DNA of 64,000 nucleotides from Eledone cirrhosa (Eukaryota). The notes under the pieces were generated by a model that worked only from the letters and a program-made list of their open reading frames with translations, had not been told where the DNA came from and ran no database searches. The DNA is taken from NCBI GenBank assembly GCA_964016885.1, contig OZ024741.1, forward strand, positions 323,578,001-323,642,000, given 5' to 3'. The position numbers were made by a program, and so were the translations under genes. Positions 29,522 through 45,068 of the stretch are shown here, piece after piece (within the stretch, counting starts at the first letter, position 1; each line of letters starts with the position of its first letter).

Positions 29522-29823
29522 CTTATATAGATACACACACACATACACAAATATATATGTGTGTATATATATATATGTACTTACACGAATAAACACATAC
29601 ATATAGGCATACACAGATACATACACGCAAATATACATACATATATATATGCACGTGTGTGTATGTATAAATATGAGTGTGTGTGCATTGACATAAATCG
29701 ATTTGGACTTCTATTTATTTGTTAAGATATCTAAGCAATGATGGAAGGACACATATATGTTCAGATAATAATTTATTAGGATGTGTCTGTCCGGAAAGCG
29801 AAGCCAAATTAATGTTATATGAT

Positions 29824-29921
<98 letters not shown>

Positions 29922-29925
29922 CAGT

Positions 29926-31050
<1,125 letters not shown>

Positions 31051-31177
31051 CTTCTATAATAAATCTAGATACATAAACTCTACCAATCTATTGAGTACCT
31101 TCTTTAACTGTGACCATTTCCCGATACTCATTGGGATATTCTACCCGTATATATATATATAATATATATATGTATAT

Positions 31178-31248
<71 letters not shown>

Positions 31249-31269
31249 AAAGAATAGAGGTGTAACACA

Positions 31270-31680
31270 CAAGTTATTATATATTGGTAAACGGAATAGA
31301 AAATGCTGACAAATTGTTCACAGTTGAAAAATGGTTTAATTAGGAATAAAAGAGTATTAGTGATTGTATGGGTTAGTATTCAGTTGTGGTTTTAAGTTTT
31401 TAAGTTTTTACCGGTTGCGCATTTCTAAATGCTTTTCAAAAATAATTTTGAGATAGAGTGTCCGTGCTGTTTGCTCAGATCAGAGCAAACAGCACGGACA
31501 CTCTATCTCAAAATTATTTTTGAAAAGCATTTAGAAATGCGCAACCGGTAAAAACTTAAAAACTTAAAACCACAACTGAATACTAACCCATACAATCACT
31601 AATACTCTTTTATTCCTAATTAAACCATTTTTCAACTGTGAACAATTTGTCAGCATTTTCTATTCCGTTTACCAATATAT
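31270..31680. repeat. Perfect ~205 bp-arm palindrome of the pLTR family also seen at 46463-46935 and 47947-48331
   Basis: Centre GCTCAGATCAGAGC at ~31473-31486. Confidence 0.92.
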
Positions 31681-32380
31681 ATATATATATATATATATAA
31701 TACTTGGGGAGGGTCATATTTGCGTAATATTGCCAGAATTAATAACAGAACACACTCACTGTTTGGTTGGTTTTCGCTTCTCGCTGTCTTTTATTATATC
31801 TGCGATCTAACTTACTCGGTCCTCAATGTTGCCATTGACTGACCGGCGGTCAAAGATAATACAGATACAATATAGACACAAACACATATATATATATATA
31901 GTTTACATAATTTACATAAATCTTTCGTTGCACATCTGCAACATCGTCAGTGGTGTTATATTCATTGTTCCTCCTGTTGTGTTGTATGCCTACGCCATTT
32001 TTTTATTCAGTCTGTCTATATATTTATTTATTTATTTGCTTGTTTGTTTATCTTATTTTATTTTGTCTTCTTTGCGCATGCGTTTGCGTGTGTGTATAGT
32101 GTTATGTGTGATGTGTGACTAGTGTGTATAGTGTTGTGTCTGCTGGGTGACTAGTGTGTCTATATTGTATCTGTATTATTTTTGACCGCCGGTCAGTCAA
32201 TGGCAACATTGAGGACCGAGTAAGTTAGATCGCAGATATAATAAAGACAGCGAGAAGCGAAAACCAACCAAACAGTGAGTGTGTTCTGTTATTAATTCTG
32301 GCAATATTACGCAAATATGACCCTCCCCAAGTATAACAATATCTGTTTCGACACACGATTTCATATAAAAAACCTCGCAA

Positions 32381-32440
<60 letters not shown>

Positions 32441-32650
32441 CTACCAAAATATACGGCATGTAAATGTGAAGGTATGTATATTTCCTCTGATAATTTGTAA
32501 TATTTTTACATAGATCTATATGATATACATACCAACACACACATATGCATTCCAGAAACGATCGTAAAATGCTGAATTTTTTAATATAAAGAACTTGTTC
32601 TTTGTGTTTATTTCATTGTTTTTATTAATATATATATATATATATATATA

Positions 32651-33753
32651 TAGAAGAAGTTAGTAGGCCCGTGGGTACTAAGTACCCCTGTGTTTTACAA
32701 GGCGAAACCAATCGGTAAGAGCCATAAGAATAGGTAAATATTTAAATTATATTTTTTAATTTATTTAAAAAAATTGGGTGAATTTTGCTTGTTCCGCTTA
32801 TATTAATATTATAGTTCTGGTATGTCAAATTGATACCATAGAACAACCTTAAATCATAGACAACCTATGTATTTCCAGGGGTACTTAGTACCCACGGGCA
32901 TACTAACTTCTTCTATCACTCTCCATTTGTTGAGAACAAACCTGTTGTTTCTATTTAGCTGCTATTTTTAGTAACGCGATAGACAACATGTCTATGTTTT
33001 TCCCGCTTTCACCTCGGGTAGTTCACGTACAGGTCATTTTTCGGCCTTTTGGATCTGTGCTAGCTGGCAGATAACAATATATTTTATCGCTCCTGGGTCT
33101 TTAGCCCTAGGAAGGGAAAATGCTTCTCTGATGAGCCTTGATTTTCCATTAGAAATCCATTGGGTCTCTAGTGTTTTACAAGGCGAATCCGATCGGTAAG
33201 AGCCATAAGAATAGGTAAATATTTAAATTATATTTTTTAATTTATTTTAAAAAATTGGTTGAATTTTGCTTGTTCCGCTTATATTAATATTATAGTTCTG
33301 GTATGTCAAATTGATACCATAGAACAACCTTAAATCATAGACAACCTATGTATTTCCAGGGGTACTTAGTACCCACGGGCATACTAACTTCTTCTATCAC
33401 TCTCCATTTGTTGAGAACAAACCTGTTGTTTCTATTTAGCTGCTATTTTTAGTAACGAGATAGACAACACGTCTATGTTTTTCCCGCTTTCACCTCGGGC
33501 AGTTCACGTATAGGTCATTTTTCGGCCTTTTGGATCTGTGCTAGCTGGCAGATAACAATATATTTTATCGTTCCTGGGTCTTTAGCCCTAGGAAGGGAAA
33601 ATGGTTCTCTGATGAGCCTTGATTTTCCATTAGAAATCCATTGGGTCTCTAGTGTTTTACAAGGCGAAACCGATCGGTAAGAGCCATAAGAATAGGTAAA
33701 TATTTAAATTATATTTTTTAATTTATTTTAAAAAATTGCTTGTTCCGCTTATA

Positions 33754-33760
<7 letters not shown>
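32651..33760 (+). repeat. 481-bp tandem repeat (2.2 units) with one hammerhead per unit, preceded by a ~39 bp inverted segment and bounded by (TA)n
   Basis: GTGTTTTACAAGGCGAA at 32690, 33171 and 33652; 32651-32689 is a reverse complement of ~32876-32915. Confidence 0.95.
33601..33687 (+). ncRNA. Type I hammerhead, intact (upstream copy 33120-33206 has GAAT)
   Basis: ATGGTTCT CTGATGA GCCTTG...CAAGGC GAAA CCGATCGG TA AGAGCCAT. Confidence 0.92.
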
Positions 33761-33787
<27 letters not shown>

Positions 33788-33793
<6 letters not shown>

Positions 33794-33866
33794 CGAGTAA
33801 ATCAGACAAAGTTGGAATTCCTTTTATTAATATAATCTTCTATATACAATCATACACACCCGAGTA

Positions 33867-33962
<96 letters not shown>

Positions 33963-34040
33963 TACTCGGGTGTGTATGATTGTGTATAGAAGATTATATT
34001 AATAAAAGGAATTCCAACCTTGTCTGATTTACTCGTTTTA
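33788..34040. repeat. Inverted repeat (~80 bp arms) centred on (TA)n
   Basis: 33788-33870 is the reverse complement of ~33957-34040. Confidence 0.9.
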
Positions 34041-34229
34041 TTTACAATCCTTTAAAATTATAATGATAGTATAATGAAATAGTATGGTAGAATATTAAAT
34101 GTTAAGTGTTAATTGAACAAGTACTTTCATGCTTTCGCAATCTTCAGGTTTATATTCTGTGGTGACAGTCAAGTTTACAATTTTCAACTTGTTTCAACAA
34201 TTGAAAATTGCAAACTTGACTGTCACATG

Positions 34230-35500
34230 TTCTATGGCTGGGCTTCTACGCTTTGTGGTTCGTAGATGTTGTCGGAGGGATATAATGAGACACTCAAATA
34301 TTTGGATTGATGTTAAGCCTCTGCCTCACTGTTTACATTTTAGGTAGAGAGAGTTTAAGTCACTATTGAAGTAGAACCTTCCGATGCTGGATAGAACTTT
34401 TTGGGTTTTTAACATCAACAGCTCAGATCTCATCTAGCGTCTATTGAAGTTGTTGGTGTTAGTACAAGCATAGGAAACACTGTGGGCCATTGATTTATTG
34501 TATGCAGAGAGTTCCGGAGACCATATTCTTCTTACTCGGGTGTTATATTCTTTGGCTACGCATTCCTTGTTACGAATTCCATCAAAGGATATATTTCCAT
34601 CCATCCTAAGTATCTGTAGCAGTTCTCATCTGATACCCGTGAATCAGTTAGACTATTGATAGAAAAATACCTAGATTCAGCAACACGCTCAAACTCCTTT
34701 CTTCTTAGCTGCTTGCTAACCTGTGATGATATTGTTTTGACATTCACCTGGGAATATAGATTCAGCCAGAGTGTGTACATGTTATACATTAGGTTCTGGC
34801 ATGCAACAGGCCGTAGTTTATTGCCAAGTCAGTTTCTTTGCTTTGGGGACCAATATTGTTTCTGGTAATGCCGCTAGATTGGTATATGTATATCTCTGTT
34901 AAGTGCTTGCTGGTAGAGGTTACCAAAATACCTCCGAGTGAAAGACGACTTTTTTGTGACCAGTAGCTGACAATCAAGTCTGTTCATATATATATATATA
35001 TATATATTTTATTTTCTTGAAGTTTTTCTATCACAGTCTCAAGGTTGATACTATTGATGCTCTATGTTTTTCGTGTAATTCAGGGGCTAAATTTCCTTCG
35101 GATTTCTTTCAACCACACCATATCTTGGTTGAAATTCTTTTCCTTATTTCATATTTTTCTCCAGAAGGAATCTATGTATTTCTAGGACGTAGCCTCGGTG
35201 ACGTTTATTAATTTGTCTGTCATATCGCTATAAACTGATGCTTGTAATTACATAAAAAACGATCCTGTTTAGCCTTCCCGTTACTTTTCTTCCATTCTTT
35301 ACCAATGTTGTTGATGTTGTGTCAAGTCAGGTAAATTCTTGTATGGCGAATACAATTTTTAGACGGATATCTCCATGATTTTGAATAAAAGGTGTTTTCA
35401 ATAAATGTCATCCGAAGAATATCCAGTTATTTAGCAAGACTATTACTTGGAGATAATATTCATCATAAATTTAATGAATAGTCAATCACACCATATGAAC
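34230..35500 (-). mobile_element. Decayed R4/Dong-like (RLE-type) non-LTR retrotransposon, RT region
   Basis: Minus-strand remnants RPVACQNLMYNMYT, ENCYRYLG and FNSDLNSLYLKCKQ*GRGL; several stops and frameshifts. Confidence 0.75.
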
Positions 35501-35551
35501 CCGTATGTATGTATGTATGTATGTATGTATGTATGTATGTATGTATGTATG

Positions 35552-35582
<31 letters not shown>

Positions 35583-35617
35583 CCACCTCTCTCTCTCTCT
35601 CTCTCTTCCTCTCTCTC

Positions 35618-35661
<44 letters not shown>

Positions 35662-35776
35662 TAGATAAAAATGTCTGTATGCATGAATGTATGTATGTAT
35701 GTTTGCATTCATGTATGTAACCATCTCTCTCTCTCTATTTATATAGATATGTATATACATACATATATATATATAA

Positions 35777-35855
<79 letters not shown>

Positions 35856-36087
35856 CAAAGGGATATTTAATTTGTTGGTAATTCAACAAATATATTTATA
35901 ACACCATATGCTATCCAGGCAAACTTGAACCGTTAAGGTATCATTCCCGGGTATGTCAATATTATAAAACAAATTTTGTATTTTATCTGATGAGAGCATA
36001 CCAAAGTTTTGGTACCCTTGAAATATATATAATAGAATAAATATGGTTTTATAAATATAGTTTCTATTTATTAATATCATTGATATA

Positions 36088-36151
<64 letters not shown>

Positions 36152-36967
36152 TAGAAATGTCCTATGCATGCATGTATGTATGTATGTATATGTGCATTTA
36201 TCTAAGAGCAGGAATATATGTACGCATATATACATGTACATTCATAGAGATTCAGTAACTAATACATAATTAGTAGTTCAGTTACTAGAGAAGCACGTCG
36301 TTAATATTCCTCTACAGTTCGGTAACTGGTACTATTAATTATACTCAACGATTTCTAATAGAAATTTGCCATGGATTTGACCTTTACAATTCATCTTGAA
36401 GTTATTAACATTTCAAAATTACTGATTCAGCTAAAGAACATTTTTTAGTCCCCAACATCGCCGCCTTAGTGATGTCAATAAAACTACTTCAGAATCTACA
36501 TTACTTGCAATGAAATGAATTGAAATCTATCTATCATCTTATTACGTATATAGTATCAGCTTCTACTCGTCATTCGCATTGCTAAGGAATCATACATAAA
36601 AGAGATGGTGACCTTTCGTTGCACTTTAACATGGGCGAAATATAGGAAAACTTCCTTTAGATCCAGCTTATAGAGCTTATGAAGCAAGAAGTAAGTTATT
36701 TACACGCACGCGCACACACACACGCACACACACGCACACACACCAACAGACACACACACAATAACACACGTACAAGCGTACATATATTCATACACGCATA
36801 TACAGAAATGTATTTTACACACTCATAAGAGTGGGAGGATGGTGCGGCGAGCTACTTATATGCTTTAATACTAAGTATGTAGAAACCAGGCATGTAGAAG
36901 ACACTGATTGACTATAGACAAATACATACGCACACACACACACACGCACGCATACACACGCACATAC

Positions 36968-37168
<201 letters not shown>

Positions 37169-38549
37169 CATATATATGTTTAACTACGCAATGGAGATCT
37201 CTGAAACAGATTTGGAATGAGTAACTTCAAAACAAATGTTGGCAGATTCACATCTCAACAAATTCGAAACGGTGGCCTGTGAATGGCCGCTTTGTACTTG
37301 CTATAAAGGTATCATTGAATTACTATAGTCTCGCTTGTTGCAATTGGCTGACAAAGTAATGCTATGGGCTAAATAAGCATTTTCACATTTTGCTCAGCCA
37401 CTTGCAAGTTAATTTCATGCGTAGACTGTTTCGTTCATCGAAAAACTGAAACACTCATTGTCGAAACCCATGGCGGTCCGTTCCATAATGCTTGGAATTT
37501 GTTGAAATAATCTTCTTGCAACAACAGACTTTCATGGAAGCATGTCACTTGCTCAGCTAGCACAAAATAGAATGGAATATTTTCTTTAACCCATTATAAA
37601 TATTTACAGGTGTCATTAATTCAATTTCTGCCAAATTGCAAAGCATTTTCGTGAACAATTATCTATTTCACATTTTAGAAAAAAGGAATTAGCAGCGAAA
37701 AATTCCTTGAAATTAATGAGGTTTCAACAATTTACATTTTTAATTATTTTTTTCTTTCGCTAAAAATTTCATTTCTTATTTCTGTTAAATATCCGACAAG
37801 AAAAAGTGAAGAAAATCGCAAATGCTAGCATGAATTCATTCAATTTCTACTTTGAATCTCTACATCTTCCTCAATGTAATCTACGCTGAAAATATAACTG
37901 ATTAACTCAGTAATACCTTGGGTTTTATCAATAGATATAATTTCATTTTCTTAAATCTCTTTTCTTTCAAAGTTTCTTTGTTCTTCGTGAATTATAATTA
38001 CGATATTTGCATGAGAATTTGGGGGAAGGCGCGTGGTTTAATAGTTTAGAATGTTTCGCTGACAATCTTAAGATGGTTAGGTTGATTCCTCGTGCCGCGT
38101 TGTTTCCTTGATCAACAAACTTCATTTCACTTTTGCTCAGTCCACACACCTAGAGAAAAATAAACAGTTGTATCTATAATTCAAAGAATCAGCCTTGTCA
38201 CATACTGTTTCACGCTGAATCTACTTGAGAACTAGTCTAAAGGTAGATGTGTCTGTAGAACGTTCCACCAAATGCACATTATTTTCACGAACAGGCAGTT
38301 CTGTTGTTCGATAAACTGAAACACACATCGGTAAAACTGACGGAGGGCACACATATTTCTTTCAAAAACGTTTTTTCATTTTCGAGATATTTTCATCAGC
38401 ACATATGTTATATGACTGCATTCACTATAAAATAGGAAAATATTTTATTAAAAAATATCCTTTTGTAACTTATTCATACAGTGATAGCAGCCCTGCTTTA
38501 TATGTCTAGCAACCAATTCATCATGCGTTTTTATTAAAAAATGGTCCTT

Positions 38550-38610
<61 letters not shown>

Positions 38611-38614
38611 CTAC

Positions 38615-38678
<64 letters not shown>

Positions 38679-39393
38679 TATATTACTAATGCAATGCTTC
38701 GCTTTCCATTTTGATTAACTGTTTACTTACCAGCGCGAAGATATATTATCAAATGTTTCCCTATTCTTAGCAATAAAACTATTGGGAAAACAAATGCTCG
38801 AACATTTCATGTCTCATCATTAAGGGTTTAATAATTGTTTCTACTTTTGGCACAAGGCTAGCAATTACCCAGTACATTACTGGTACTTTATTTTATCGAC
38901 CCAGCAAGGATGAAAGGCAAAGTTAACCTCGGCGAGATTTGAACTCAGACCGTAAAGTGACGTAACTATGCTGGAAAGCATGGCGTCCGACTCTCTACCG
39001 ATACTGCCAATTCACCGCTCTTTTTAAGGTTTAATAATTATTTCTACTTTGGGCACAAGGTCGACAATTATCCTAGCGCATTACTGGTACTTTATTTTAT
39101 CGACCTCGTAAGGATGAAAGGCAAAGTTAACCTCGGCGGGATTTGAATTCAGACCATAAAGGGCTGTAACTCTTTGCTGCAAAGCATGGCGTCCCACCCT
39201 CTATTCTATACTGCCAATCCACTGGGTTTAATAATGAAATATAGACTGTGTGGTAAAAGAGTTCGCAAACATTGTTTTGCGTTTACTCTCGTTGTCTGGA
39301 TCATTGGACAAGTATATTTTACTATAGATAATCTGAGGTTGACCAATGTCTTGTGAGTAGAATATGGTGGACGGAAACTGTAGAAACCTGTCG

Positions 39394-39458
<65 letters not shown>

Positions 39459-39633
39459 CAACATAGATAACAATCAAATTGTGTTTAAGGCATTTAATTG
39501 CTTATGATCTTTTCACCAATTAAATGCCTTAAACACAATTTGATTGTTATTTTTGTTGTATTTCTGCTCTGTATTATATCTGATATGTTACATTGAGGTA
39601 TTTATCTTTCTGGTAATCGGGTAATATAGTAAT

Positions 39634-40075
39634 ATTAGCAGAGGTACCCGGCGTCTCACGGGTATTAAATAGCAGTTATGTATACCATTTATGTCAATAC
39701 TTCAGTGCTGCTTCGAAAAGTATACTTTTACAAAATCATCGGCTTTTTCCAAAAGGGGTTCCTGCCCCCAGGGGCCCCCTACTCAATATGTGCCAATTCT
39801 GAGAGTTCACATTCATCTGTAGAACAAACGTAGCCCATGTGTCAAGTTTCGTAAAAATCGGTTACGAACTCCAGAAGCTATGACGTTTCGTTGCATTGTA
39901 CTGCAGTGCTTCAGTCGTCTCCAAGGAAGCGGTTGAAGGGGGTTATCTGTCGGGAGGCCTTATAATCAATATCTGGAAAAATGAAAGTGCCCATGACCAT
40001 CCGGAGTACATAAATAACCTGTCTTAAGTTTGGTGAAAATACTGTAGAAATGCATAAAGTTTACACACACACACA
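39634..40075 (-). mobile_element. Non-autonomous Helitron-like element
   Basis: Minus-strand 3' hairpin CCCGTGAGACGCCGGG followed by TACCTCTGCTAA, matching the 3' end at 57228-57255. Confidence 0.6.
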
Positions 40076-40568
40076 CACGCGCGCTCGCGCGCGCGTGTGT
40101 TTGTGTGTATGTATTTGTGTGTGCGTATGTATATCTATGTGTATGTCCGTCGGCGCATACGTATGTACTGGCCTAAATCTGCACTATTTACTTTTACTAT
40201 TTTAATAACCTCTGTCATTTTCGTTTTCAATTTTATTTACATCATTCTTAAACTCCGGGGCTGGAAATCATTCGGTTATTTTAAATAGAATATTAGTCTA
40301 ACGACTCCATTTACACCATAAACTTGGTCTTGTCTTTGCATGAAATTGTTCTTCTCGGTTCACATAACGACGTATTATCCTCGCCTTTTTCCGTTCATTA
40401 CCAGGGAACATCTTCACGAACCAAAATATCGTCTTCCTGTTTTAGTTCGGTTGAAACGTTTCTCGAAATATTTACTTCTGCGTTCACAGATAAAATTTTT
40501 TAGTTTCAGAAGATCCCGTTAATGTTGAAAGCAGCGATTATTTGCTTAAACTTTAATCTGTTCTTATA

Positions 40569-40708
<140 letters not shown>

Positions 40709-41155
40709 ATATGGCTTTTGGAGGAAAGAGTGACCAGCAGTACTTTGTTCGGTATTATTACGAAAAGGTGTAGCAGAGAATCCCGCGTGAACTAATAGCT
40801 CGGGAGGAAACCACTTACCTCGAAGATTCATTCGCCATCGTTCTTGTCAACGCTCTGTTTACTTGGTATTTGTTGGTCTACAGTTAGATGAGTGGCGCAC
40901 AAAGGGTTAATGTTTATTGGCAAGATGTTTTTTGAATAATAAAAGACGGGTTAAAGCGACCTACAATGTATCTGTATATATATATATATATATAGTAATA
41001 AGAATATTTATATTTATATATGTTTGATATAACTATAAATATGTAGGGTACTAAGTACCATCCGGTTACCGGTATGACAAAAGGCTCAATGCAAATTTTC
41101 AAGTGTTTTACAGAGCCGAGATACAAAGTGTTAAAACGATCAAATTTTAGTTATT

Positions 41156-41202
41156 TGCTGACAATTGTTTCGTCCAGAGGGAAGTCTGGAATCATCGGAG
41201 CA
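41156..41202 (-). ncRNA. Type I hammerhead with CCGATGA core variant (relative at 16671-16776+)
   Basis: TGCT CCGATGA T-TCCAGA-CTTCCC-TCTGGA-C GAAA CAATTG TC AGCA. Confidence 0.75.
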
Positions 41203-42304
41203 TAAGGAATGTCGAAACATGTTACTAAAATCCTAGTAATTTAGCACATTTAGGGTACATAATTGTTGTTAGTGTCATAGGCATCATGTGGAGAGTCAGG
41301 AGTTAAAAAGATGTTCTGCTTGAACGAACATAATTACAGGTAGCACTGGTTGAAAGTGTAATAGGTATAAGTAAAAATCACAAGCAGAAAAACAAAAACA
41401 CAGCAAAAAAGTTATAAGCAAGGAAAATTGGTGTACAATGCAGGAGTCAATACAGTTAATAAGGCATGTATTGGGAAAGAGTTATAATGTAGTTGAAATA
41501 AACATATTTTGTGTGGGGTATTAAAGCATGTTATAATTGTTATAAATGTTTAAGATAGTGTGTAATTTGTTACAGAGGCGTGTGGTGATAATGTAGGTAT
41601 TTGTTATGTAAGGTGTAATGCAAAGCACGTGATAGAGTTGGATATGTGGTTTTCATTTAGGTGTTTTTGTGTTGTAGTTCGTATGTATGCGTATATGTTG
41701 TTTGTTACTCGCAACTATTAATCATGGATTATTTTGAGTCGTTTATAGTCAATAGGTGTTTGTTTGTTAAATGTAAATTCCACCGGATTCCTGGCCATGT
41801 TGTTATTGTAGGTATATTATTTTATGTATTTTTTATCTACAAATTATCTTTTCTAGGGTTTGTATTAACCGTTATTAAGCTGTTGGTAAACCGTTCGGTT
41901 GCTTAATTTTATAAGTTTACACAGGAAGTTGTAAAGGGGGTTAATAACAAAGGGAGGTAATTAAGGTTGTTGATAAATTAAGGGTTGTTTTAATATTGTA
42001 GTAGTGTTCTAAATTAATCTTTATAAAGCATATAAAATATTATTGGTTATATAATTTTTATTTTTTAAACTTGTGTGGAGGAAGTTAAAAACATTTTTTA
42101 AAATTTAGTTTATTATAATTAGATAGTTTTTACATAGTTAGTATATGTATATATAATTGTTTCTACTTTTGGCACAAGGACAGCAATTCACCAGTACATT
42201 ACTGGTACTTTATTTTATCGACCCCCGTATGGATGAAAGGCAAAGTTAACCTCGGCGGGATTTGAACTCTGTATATATGTTATAAGGTAAATACATGTGT
42301 GAGA

Positions 42305-42350
<46 letters not shown>

Positions 42351-43084
42351 GTTTGTATATGTATAATAAAGCCAAAACAATGCAGGTATGGACATAGAAT
42401 AAAGAATGCAAATGCAAAAGATATTGTTGACAATTAGTCTTTTACCTTAGAATGATTTAAATGTCCTTAATTTTCGAGATAATATCTCTTCTTCGGACGG
42501 AAGTAAAGCGGTTAAACCAGTGTTCTAAATAGCTTGCCAAGTCATGACATAAAGTTTTTTTTGACAGGATAGTGAGTTGCATAATATATACTGGAGTATT
42601 GGTGTTACATACACAGTTGTCTGTTATTTAGTTTGTGTTGTATATTGGGAGTGTATTAGAGTGTCTATATTATTTAAATATTTTAATTGTATAAGTAAGA
42701 GATCAAGCAGGGGTTTATTAACTGTATGTATGTTAGTGTGGTCTTTTAATTAAGGTGTAGTCCTATATTCATGAAGGTCTAATTGGATAAATTAAAAGGT
42801 GGTGGTCTAGTGTTATCTCCGACATTAGTTTTTATTTTTATTTTTATTATTATTATTATTAGTAACTAGGTTTGAAGTAGTGGAACGAGAATCTAGAGTA
42901 ATGCGGACACGTGTAGAAGATCTCTAATTTCCTATTTAGTAGGCTAAGGTTAGAGTGAAACATATTTTTAGACTCGAGGATGCAAAGGTTACACTTCCCA
43001 TTTTAAGGTGTATGGTATATTACTTGATTTTAATGAGTGTATGTATGTAGTGAGGTTACGTTGCAATGACGTGTTCGTCAGAAT

Positions 43085-43323
43085 GTCATTATGCAGACAG
43101 CCAGACACACAGACAGATATTATAAGGGCTCGACGGAGATCGATAACCGGCGCCTAACAACAGAAAATTGAAAAATAAAAGCTGCAGTTAGTATCTTTAG
43201 ACCGCAAGGAATATATAAAAGCAAATTTGAAGTCAATCGGAGTATAAATGTGGATTTGTATAGACTTTGCAAAAATGAGGACACACACCACACACAGACA
43301 ACAACAGTTTTATATATATAGAT
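43085..43323 (-). mobile_element. 5' part of the Helitron family seen at 56428-57255 (another internal piece at ~40365-40570+)
   Basis: Reverse-complement similarity to 56430-56690, including the TCTATATATATAAAA start. Confidence 0.75.
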
Positions 43324-43378
43324 ACAATATTACCCTTATCTTATTGATATATATATAATATATATATATATAACTATA

Positions 43379-43423
<45 letters not shown>

Positions 43424-44094
43424 ACAGGGAGAAAGAGACGATTATGAGGAAGAAAAATTTTTTTTTCCTTTTTTTGTCTCTCTCTCTCTTTTTCTGGGTT
43501 AGAAAATGATTAAAACGAAATGTTTTACTTTGTGTGAAGTGTTAAGGTATTAGTTGATTTATTTATTATTTAACAATGCCATTTATTTATCTATTTATAT
43601 ATTTAATTATTGTCTATTACCGGTTTCTGCATTTATATGCATTATCAAATGATAGTGAAATGTATTAGTGTGGTGTCGCACATGTTAAACAGAAGGTGCA
43701 GAAAGAATAATGTTATATACAAACAATGTAATCTGAGTTTTTCGAATATTAACAATAACATTCGATTCGTTTGCAATTATGCAAACAAGCCTCAATTTTC
43801 TAGCCATGTCAGTTGAACGAAAAACTCATATTACATTTATTGTATTCAGCCATGTAGAGCGAAATTTTCTTTTCTATTTGAATTTGGCAAAGCCGGCCAT
43901 TAATCGCTCGTATACAGGAATCTGACTGGCCAGTCTGCTGACATGCAAATCTGGCTGATCATTGGATCTGCTAATATGCAGATCTGACTGATCAGCCAGT
44001 CTGCTAATATGCAAATCAGGCCGATCAGTCACTGTGCATCTTTGAAAATAGCATATATTTTCACTAGCTCTGACAGTTTAACAGGTGAACAGTA

Positions 44095-44142
44095 AGCTGT
44101 ACTGATGAAGGATGATACCCAGAAACATTAGTGTCTACAGTT
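44095..44142 (+). ncRNA. Type I hammerhead in cassette 43722-44310
   Basis: AGCTGTA CTGATGA AGGATGATACCCA GAAA CATTAGTG TC TACAGTT (GUC site). Confidence 0.8.
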
Positions 44143-44449
44143 CTATTCACATGCCTACACAAGAGCAAGAATGAAGTGTTTATTCTACTGACATGGCTAT
44201 AAAATTGAGGCTTGTTTGCATAATTGCAAACGAATCGAATGTTATTATTAATATTCGTAAAACTCAGATTACATTTATTGTATTCAGCCATGTAGAGCGA
44301 AATTTTCTTATATATATATATATATTAGAAAATGATTTTTTTTTACAAAATAAAAAAAAAATGAGATGTCCTACACGAGTGAAAGTATAAGGAAAAAAGA
44401 TAAAATCGAAAATGCAATTGGAGTCTTTTTAAAAATATTTATTTGGTTC

Positions 44450-44485
44450 CTTTACCGGTTTCACAATTCCTGTGCTTTTCAAAAG
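44450..44485 (-). ncRNA. Minimal hammerhead-like motif with U3-A8 core
   Basis: CTT TTGAAAA GCACAGGAATTGT GAAA CCGG TA AAG. Confidence 0.55.
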
Positions 44486-45013
44486 TAGAATCGAGATGGA
44501 GGATTTGTGGTTTTTCTCGCATCTGTATATATATTTCTATATATCTTTGAATTTACCCGCAAAAAACGGGGGTTGCTTCGCTTGTTGGAAATAACACGTG
44601 ACAACGAAATGACTGAAGGCTGTCTATTGTGGCGGTCGCATTGAGTTACAGTTCACACCCGTTTGAGGCAAAGAACGAAATACCTGTCGATGAAGTGAGT
44701 CCCCTATCCGATCATGGAATACCACAAGCTTACGTGTTACGTAAGTTGGATTGATGATTTCGGTTTCATAGAAACATATTGGACGTATTGCAGAATTGTC
44801 CAGGTCTGTTGTCTAACCTGATTAGTTTTTTCGTTGTTTTGGTATTGTATGGTTGGGTTTTGCCTGCCGCAATTTTTCAATTTGTCAAGATATCTAAACG
44901 TAATGTTATTACTCTGAGGACCTACCCCTATTGAGTGCTTTGCTACTCATTGCTTATTGTAGGTCGACTTTGCTTGGCCACAGCCAAAGCTTCGATTTTA
45001 CTAAGCATCCATT

Positions 45014-45068
<55 letters not shown>

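Noticed and set aside
32690-33760. CRISPR array or LTR retrotransposon
   Set aside because: There are no spacers, no TG...CA ends, PBS or PPT; it is a plain tandem unit in eukaryotic DNA.
40800-40840. GAG|GTAAGT donor on the minus strand
   Set aside because: The same motif occurs inside the Helitron at ~56930-56950, so it is repeat-derived.
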